A stretch of DNA of 64,000 bases from assembly GCF_009914755.1 (NCBI RefSeq), contig NC_060930.1. One strand, 5' to 3'. This stretch comes from the human T2T-CHM13v2.0 reference genome, Homo sapiens. How positions within the stretch are numbered: the first letter of the stretch is position 1; every line of letters starts with the position of its first letter. Made by a program: the position numbers and the translations under genes. Below, piece by piece: positions 55,058 through 64,000 of this stretch. The notes beneath the pieces were generated by a model that saw only the letters and a program-made list of their open reading frames with translations, did not search any database and was not told where the DNA came from.

Positions 55058-55505
55058 GTATAAATTAAGATGGTCCAGAAAAACAGACCAATAGGGTAGA
55101 TAGATAATAGAAAGATAGATAGGTAAGAGAAAATTTATTATGGAAACTGGCTTATATGATCTTGGAGGCACTGGACTCCCAAGGCACACCCTCTGCAAGC
55201 TGGAGAACCAAGAAAGCCAGTGGTATAATTCAGGGTGAGTATCAAGGTCTAAGAACCAGGGAAGCTAATGGTATAATTTCTATTTGAGGATAAGAAAAGA
55301 CAGAGAAATGTACCCTCTCTCTGCCTATTTATTCTATTCCAGTGGATTATATGATGCTTGACTAGTGAGGTCAGACATTTTTTTCTCTACCATTTTAAAT
55401 GGTAATCTCTTTCACCAACACCCTCATGGATCCATCCAGAAATAATGCTTTACCAGCTTTCTAGGATTCCTTAGCCCAGTCTTGTTGACACATGAAATCA
55501 ACCAT
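55058..55505 (-). mobile_element. MLT2-type (ERVL) solo LTR; its last bases are displaced to ~57886-57889 by the THE1 insertion
   Basis: ccagaaaaacagaccaatagg...tctgcaagctggagaaccaagaaagccagtgg...ccagaaataatgctttaccagc...ttgacacatgaaatcaaccat. Confidence 0.85.
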
Positions 55506-57880
55506 TGATATGGTTTGGCTGTGTCCCCACCCAAATCTCACTTGAATTGTAGTTCCCATAATCCCCACATGTCATTGGAAGGACCTGGTGAGAGGTAATT
55601 TAATAAGGAGGCAGTTACCCTCATGCTGTTCTTGTGATAGTGAATGGCTTCTCACGAGACTTGATGGTTTTATAAGGGGCTTTTCCCTGTTTTGCTCAGC
55701 ACTTCTCCTCGCTGCTGTCATGTGAGGAAAGACGTTATTGCTTCTCTTTCCGCCATGATTGTAAGTTTCCTGAGGCCTCGACAGCCATGCTGAACTGTGA
55801 GCCAACTAAACCTCTTTCCACTATAAATTACCAAGTTTCAGGTATGTCTTTATTAGCAGCATGAGAATGAACTCATACAGTAAATTGGTACTGCCGAGAG
55901 TGGGGCACTGCTGTACAGATACCCAAAAATGTGGAAGCGACTTCGGAACTGGGTAACATGCAGAGGTGGAAACCATTTGGAGGACTCAGAAGAAGACAGA
56001 AATATGTGGGAAAGTTTAGAATTTCCTAGAGACTTGGAGGAGTCAGAAGACAGGAATATGTGGGAAAGTTTGAAACTTTCTAGAGAGTGGTCGAATGGCT
56101 TTGACCAAAAATACATGAGATGGACAATGAAGTGATATGGACAATGATAGTGATATGGACAATGAAGTCCAGACTGAAGTGGTTTCAGATGGAGATGAGA
56201 ACTTGTTGGGAACTGGAGTAAAGGTCACTCTTTATGCAAAGAGACTGGTGGCATTTTGCCCCTGTTTTAGAGATCTGTGGAACTTTGAACTTGAGAGAGA
56301 TGATTTAGGGTATCTTGTGGAATAAATTCCTAAACGGCAAGGAATTCAAGTGGAAGAAGAGCATAAAAGTTTGCAAAATTTGCAGCCCAATGATGTGACA
56401 GAAAATGTGATCCTCATTTTCTGGGGAGAAATTGAAGCTGGCTGCAGAAATTTGCATAAGTAACAAGGAATCAAATGTTAATCACCAAGACAACTGGGAA
56501 AATGTCTCCAGGGCATGTCAGAGAATTTCACGGCCACCCCCCCATCACAGGCTTGGAGGCCTATGGGGCAAAATGGTTTCCTGGGCTGGGCCCAAGGCCC
56601 CCTTGTTCTATGCTGCCTTGTGACATAGTGCTCAAATGCTTCAGCTCCAGCTGTGGCTGCAAAAGGCAAAAGTACAGCTTAGGCCATTGTTTCAGAGGAT
56701 GCAAGCCCTAAACCTTGGTGGCTTCCACTTGGTGTTGAGCCTCTGGGTACACAGAAGTCAAAAATTGAGGTTTGGAAATTTCCGCCTAGATTTCAAAGGA
56801 TGTATGGAAATGCCTGCACATGCAGGCAGAAGTTTGCTACAGGGGAAGAGCCCTCATGGAGAACCTCTGCTAGGGCAGTGCAGAAGGGAAATGTTGGGTT
56901 GGAGCTCCCACACATAGCCCCATTGGGGCACTGCCTAGTGCAGCTGTGAGAAGAGGACCACTGTCCTCCAGACCCCAGAATGGTAGATCCACTGACAGCT
57001 TGCACCCTGCACCTGGAAAAGCCACAGACATTCAATGCCAGGCTGTGAAAGCAGCGAGAAGGGGAGCTGTACCCTGAAAAGTCACAGGGGTGGAGCTTCC
57101 CAAGGCCATTGGAGCCCAACTCCTGCATCAGTGCACCCTGGATGTGAGACATGGAGTCAAAAGAATTCATTTTGGAGCTTTAAGGTTTAATGACTGCCCT
57201 ATTGGATTTAGGACTCACGTGGGGCCTGTAGCCCCTTTGTTTTGGCCAATTTCTCCCATTTGGAACTGGTGTATTTACCCAATACCTGTACCCTCATTGT
57301 ATCCAGGAAGTAACTAACTTGCTTTTTATTTTACAGGCTCATGGGTGGAAGGAACTTGCCTTGTCTTATATGAGACTTTGGACTTGGACTCTTGCGTTAA
57401 TGTTGGAAAGAGTTAAGATTTTGGGATATCACTGGGAAGGCATGACTGCCTTTTAAAATGTGAGGACATAAGATTTTGGAGGGGCCAGGGACAGAACAAT
57501 ATGATCTGGCTGTGTCCCCATCCAACTGTCATCTTAATTTTTACCTCTCATAATCCCCACGTGTTGTGGAAGGATCCTGGTAGGAGGTAATTTAATCATG
57601 GGGGAGGTTACCTTCATGTTGTTCTTATGATAGGGAGTGACTTCTCAGGAGATCTGATGATTTTATAAGGGGCTTTTCCATGTTTTGCTCAGCACTTCTC
57701 CTTGCTGTTGTCATGTGAAGAAGGATGTGTTTTCTTCCCCTTCAGCCATGATTGTAAGTTTCCTGAGGCCTCCCAGCCATGCTGAACTGTGAGTCAATTA
57801 AACCTCTTTTCTTTATAAATGAAAAGATACATTCAGTCTCGGGTATGTCTTTATCAGCAGCATGAGAAGGAACTAATAAA
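55506..57880 (+). mobile_element. Complete THE1 (THE1D-like) MaLR provirus: 5' LTR 55506-55879, internal 55880-57496, 3' LTR 57497-57880
   Basis: Two homologous direct LTRs; internal starts gtaaattggtac; purine tract ggaggggccagggacagaa before the 3' LTR; 5-bp TSD accat/acaat. Confidence 0.93.
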
Positions 57881-58639
57881 ACAATCATACCATTGTTGTG
57901 GGCCCCCTATTTTATCCTTATTCCTTAAGGTGTTTTATTATTTGTCAAAGCTAGTGGTCATAAGAAAAGATGAGAAGATCTTCTCAGATGACCTCCTTTT
58001 AAATTGTACCTGCATGAATGGGTACACTTAAGGATTCTCTTCAGATGTATTTGCCACATCCAAACACCTCCACACTTTAATTTTTCTTGTGACAAAACTA
58101 CATGGCGCATACTGAACTATAATTTTTTTTTACATTCTGTGGCCTTTCTGTTTGCTACTGAAATTAGTCTAGAACTTCACATTATTGGCAAGTCATAAAC
58201 AAATACAAATTGTAATATATTACTATGAGAGAATGGTACTTTTCAGAATTGTCACAAGCAGTCTCTGATAAGTGCATGATCAAAATAAGACTTTTTAGCT
58301 ACATAGAAAAGTATTATATTAAATTTTCACAAATGTTTTAAGCATAAACAAAAATCAACAAAACGTGAAAAAGAAGAAATATGATGAGAAATATGCAGGA
58401 CCCAAATAAAGACAATGTGAGAAAGTGAAGTGTTGCATGGCACCTTAGTTGAAGAATTACCTTCCCTATTCCATACCTGTATCACTAGCTACATTTTACT
58501 TGGTTACCTGTTTATTATGTTTCTGACCATTAAAACAATCTCTGTGAAAGTGAGTACTTTTTCTATGTTGTTTGATCAGTACCTAGCACAGGAATCAGTG
58601 GCTCAGTTTACAAAAAGTATGAAAAAATCAAATATTTAA

Positions 58640-59620
58640 CATGTAAAGAGTTCTGACAATCCAATAAGAAAAATAATTGCTACAAAAAATAGAAGCCTAA
58701 AGCAACAGTTCTAATATAAGGAAATATAACTAGCCAATAACTTGCTCACCTTCAAAAGATAGCCAAAAATACAACTTCAAAGAATATAAGATACAATTTT
58801 AGGCCAGGTGCAGTGGCTCACGCCCGTAATCCCCACACTTTGGGAGGCCAAAGTGTAGATCACCTGAGGTCAGGAAATGGAGACCAACCTGGCCAACATG
58901 GCGAAACACCATCTGTACTAATAATACAAAATTTAGCCAGTCGTGGTGTCATTCGCCTGTAGTCCCAGCTACTTGGGAGGCTGAGGTGGGAGAATCAGAG
59001 GTTGCAGTGAGCCTAGATCTCATACCACTGCACTCCAGCCTGGGGAACAGAGCAAGACAGTGTCTCAGAAAAAGTAAAAATACAAATAAAAATAAGGTAC
59101 AATTTTGACCTTTTTTTTTGTAAATAATGTAGAAATATGTATCAAAAGAATTTAAATAATTTAAAGCCTTTGACTCAGAACTCTATTTTTACGAATGTAA
59201 CAAGAGATGCCCAAAAAGTGTCTACATAGACGTACATATAATTTTCCTTCATATGAAAAGTTGAAACAACCTAAATATCTGCCAATAGGATATTTATTGA
59301 ACTATGCTGTCTCTATAATAGTAACTCTATGAAGCCTATTAGAAATCGTATTTTCAGAAAAGAAAATACAGATCTATTTTGGAAATCCACAGAATAATAT
59401 TAATTGAAAAATGCAGAATGCAAATTTGTCTATATAGCACTGTCTCAATTTTGTGTTACGTATAAGGGTGTGCCAAATATGCTCACATAGATATAAAAAA
59501 AGACATTGGAAAAAAACAGCAGTTGACAGCAGTACTTTCTGAGTAATGAAAATCTTGCTACCCTTATCTTTTTCTGTATTTTTATTTGTTCTACACTGAC
59601 AGATGTACTACTTCTATAAT
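58640..59620 (+). mobile_element. Ancient L1ME 3' remnant, split by an Alu
   Basis: aggaaatataactagccaataa, cctttgactcagaactctatttttacgaat, ttgaaacaacctaaatatct. Confidence 0.55.
58802..59092 (+). mobile_element. AluS-like SINE with a short right-arm deletion
   Basis: ggccaggtgcagtggctcacgcc; gagaatc joined directly to agaggttgcag; TSD ataag(a/g)tacaatttt. Confidence 0.9.
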
Positions 59621-59802
59621 TTACAAGGTCAATAATATTATTGTTAAATTCTATGAATGCTGCTTGGTGGTTTTGAGAATATGAAACTATGGATATTAAG
59701 AATAGCAGCTCAAATAAGCAGCATCCTACATTTTATTCTAAATAATAATTTTTAATGGGTGAAAAAGTGAATCTAAGACAGTGTTTTAGAAAGTGGAGTA
59801 GA

Positions 59803-60124
<322 letters not shown>

Positions 60125-61889
60125 TAGACTTTGAAGTTATGGGAGCATATACCTTAAATACTTTCCAAGTTTTTCCCAACCTCCTTTGCTAAAGGAAGAT
60201 TGTTAATGGTTTTCTGAAAAACATTATTACTATCTTGGAGAAAAACAAAAATTTAAAAGGAATTACATACCTATGTTATTGTAAAGCTTTTGAATCATAA
60301 CATTACTCTGAAGTTTGCTAGCATTAACACAGTTAAAGAAACCACCAAAGAGGCAAACATAACATAAAATTAGTGCATCAACATGCAAAGAATCAAGGAC
60401 ACCCTGTTCTTTCTAGGAGGAAAAATAAATACACAATTCAATAAAATTCCCCCTGCAAAATCATGCATATTATACATTCACCAAAAATAATGAAGGTTAC
60501 ATTTCACAAACTGAAGTTATAGTCACAGCAGCCTCAAGGCTCAAGCTAAATATAAGCACAAAAACCGTATACTTGTTGTAAATACAGCAATCAAGCAGTA
60601 GCAGCACAAATTATGCATAAGAACTACTTCAATCAAGTAAGATAGAAGGTGAAAAATCACCAGCCCTGATCAGCTTTAGACCTAGGGGACAGCAAGTTAA
60701 AGAAAAATAGAAACAAAAGTGTCAGGATTATTTTGAAAAATCAATTATTAATGAATGAATCAAATAACCCTATGTAAATATTTATCAAATGGATAACTTT
60801 CCTAGGGGTTAAGTCATCATCATTAGGTTAGTATTACCATAGCCTACTCTGTGCTTACTACACAGGAGGTAGCCAAGTGAACTCTACATAAATACCAATG
60901 TTGTGGTAGTGGCAGAGTTGCAAGATTTAACAACTAATAATACTTCCTTACGTAGTAAGGAAGAGGGAGAAAATAAAGCAGACTGGAGAAAAGTGACAGA
61001 AGACAATTTTGGACATGGCTGATTTTATAAAGGCCTGAATCCTTTGAGATAACATTCCTACAAATTGAAGTTACCCTCCAGGGCAGAAAAACGTCTCTAC
61101 TCTTGCTAGTGTGATGATCATTTTTCCCAGGGCTTAGCTCTGTGTTTACTCTTATTCCTTAAATTCACTCTCAGCTGTCATTGAGAGCTGAGATAATTTG
61201 AGGACAGGATAATTCAATAACGGGAGTTTGAGGTAAGGGAGAGGGAGAATCTATGCTCAGGAATAGACTCACAGCTAATAAGTCCTGTCTCTAGCATATA
61301 CCATCTAAAATCATGAGGTAGACCCACCATGCCAACGTTGAGCTCTGAATCTGATATTGTAAAGAAGCAGATATCATTTATGTAATCATGAACTTCCGCC
61401 AACTTGACCGCACATTTTTTTTCTATGCTTTCTGTAAATTCTCAGAAAAAAAAAAAAAAAAAAAGAAAACCTCCTAATTATCCTTGATTTTTCTTCATCT
61501 CCTTTCCTCTCAGGGAATAACTTCAATAAATAGTAATTAAATTCGTGAGCAAAGGGAATTCCAGACACCCTAATATTTATTACTTAAAAATCCCAGGGCC
61601 AACTAATTGCTGACTGTATGTTTGGGAATCTCACTTTGGTAATCACCCAAATGTACCTGTTTTCTTCAAATCTCACACTCCTCTTACTAATTTGGTGAGA
61701 ACTACATTGTTTTCTCCTATGCTGTGCAAAATTAAAGTAACCATATTTCTTTAGCCGGCAAAGAAGAGAAAAGTACCAAATTAGAAATAAATTTTTAAAG
61801 CCTAATTAAGCTTTCTTTTAAAAATTATGGAACCCAAGTCTTAATAAAGAATACCAAAAAAGTGGGCAAAATAACATAATAGCAAAAGT

Positions 61890-62175
61890 AATTAATTAAT
61901 TAATTCAATGATTCAACAAATACTGTATTCCAGGCAATGCTCTAGACTCTAGGAAGCAAAAATAAATAAATAAATAAATAAAAATAAGACATAGTCATTG
62001 CCCTCAATGAGCTTGCAGTTGAGTAAGGAAACAGATTTATACAATTGCATTTTGTGAAAAGTATTAAAAGGTGTGGGAGAAGAGATGAGAGAATGAATCC
62101 CAACAAGGAAATAAGGAAGGGCGTACAAGAAAAGGTGACAGCAGAATAGAGGGAAAGGTATCCAGGCTGAGGAGA
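61890..62175 (-). mobile_element. L2 3' remnant
   Basis: attcaacaaatactgtattccaggcaatgctctag...agacatagtcattgccctcaatgagcttgcagt. Confidence 0.65.
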
Positions 62176-63723
62176 ATGTTAAAATCTTTAGTTAGAATTG
62201 AAGGCACTATTTAGTTTTCGGATATCATCATTCTCATCATTTTGGCTTTTTTCTTTTTCACTAGACACTCATCACTTCTATCCTGGCATAAAGTGATATT
62301 TAGATACCTTCTAAAAATTATGGTAGAGTTCCTATTAGAATGCCATTAAGTTTTATTACCTGAAAAATTGAGGTTAAGGAAAAGAACAGGGAATTGGGGA
62401 GATATTCAGTGAACAAGCATAATTCGTAGTTTTCTCTGGACAAATTTATCTGTGATTAAGAATCAATTGTTTAATACTTTCAGTTTCTTAGCTTTAGTGC
62501 TTTTCACTTTCTGTCACTCTAGTCCCAGCTAAAACCAGGTACTTAGAAGTTGAATTTGTTTTTCTGCTAGGTAAGTTTCCCATCTCAAGATTCCAGTTCT
62601 CCTAAGCTGAGTCCACACCCACGTGTTTTTCATTTGACTCTTGCTAGATCAGGACAAAGTTTATATTCACAGGCCTTTTCCTTCTTCAACATGACAACTC
62701 TCAGAACTCCCAGATGATCTGTGCCCTTTGGGTTTAAGGCATGTATTTTTTCTCACAAGGGTCTTTCTATTATAAGCTTTTTCTTTGATAATGGACTGGA
62801 GGATTCCATTCCCAGCTGATAGTACAGAGCACAGGAAAGGCCAGGTGATTTGGATGTAGGAATTTCTCTAGTGCTCTTCTAATTTTTACCATATGCCTGA
62901 GCCAACCTGGCTGAACTTCAGCTATTAATGAACCCTGCTCTGAACTTTGGCTATTAATTTATCTGTCATTCAGGAAGACATCTGGAGTTAGTAAACTCCT
63001 TTCTTTAGCTCCCCTTTTTGGGATGGTAGGTAAGATGGAGAAGAAAAGGTGGGGTACATCTCAAGTAGTAAAGAGTGGGTAACACTGGCAGTCTTTCCTC
63101 TTGCTCACACGAATACTATTCCTATAATATTTAGATATAATAAAATAAGGTAAAGTATATAGTATGTATGTGATGCTCATGTTTATTTGTATTTTCAGTG
63201 CATAAAATATATAGAATATAAGAATAACAAGCAAATTTTAAAAAACAATGTTTTTCCTAATTCACAAAAAAATGCCTTTTGTTACATCCTAACACTAGGC
63301 TATGCTAAATGAAGAAATATAGTAGCTCTAACAATAATACTCCTTCTCTATTGTAATGATAAATTTTGAGAAGGCAAGGAAGGTGAGTTTATTAAAGATG
63401 GTAAACTAAATAAGATAAAATTATGGAAATGCCAACAAATTTACAAAAATGTAAACAGTTTTCAGTGATTTTAATTACAGCTCATTTAAAGCATGTTCAT
63501 GAATACATATTTTCTTGCAGTTTGATAAAACCCTAAAGGCCAGATAAAAACAGAACATGAGATAACTAGATGCAAAGAGTTCCAGCATTTCAAATTGATA
63601 CATTTTAAATTAATTTATTTTGCTCTATGCTAAAAATTGGCAAGTTTGTATTTAAAAAATATTATTTCATGATAAATTTCTTTTTTAAAAAAGCAAAGAA
63701 CAGGTTCACTAGAAGCCAAGTAA

Positions 63724-64000
<277 letters not shown>

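Overview
AT-rich, CpG-poor human genomic DNA; a near-pristine AluYb8, a human-specific subfamily, lies at 40590-40904. It reads as intergenic or deep intronic. I can support no host protein-coding gene, RNA gene, CRISPR array or prokaryote-type system. The ORF track consists of simple-repeat, Alu and LTR translations plus frameshifted L1 ORF1/ORF2 remnants. The window is a layered fossil record of mobile DNA: 9 Alus, a near-full-length L1PB with a 3' internal deletion, older L1PA/L1M/L2/MIR remnants, a complete THE1 provirus, several solo LTRs with visible target-site duplications (TSDs), and DNA transposon relics (MADE1, MER1A, Tigger2a, MER5). The most unusual items are: (1) a local mosaic at 0.8-4.7 kb, with a broken MADE1 fused to a copy of a neighbouring L1 segment, next to a 409-bp ungapped local duplication; (2) an ERV internal segment plus an LTR8-type LTR that ends at the poly(A) site in an A-tail, i.e. 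a probable L1-retroposed ERV mRNA; (3) a 35-nt tailless U2 snRNA retrocopy with TSD hidden inside an MLT1A LTR; (4) a young AluYb8. I found no convincing new biological system. Repeat subfamily names come from recalled consensus sequences and need RepeatMasker/Dfam confirmation.
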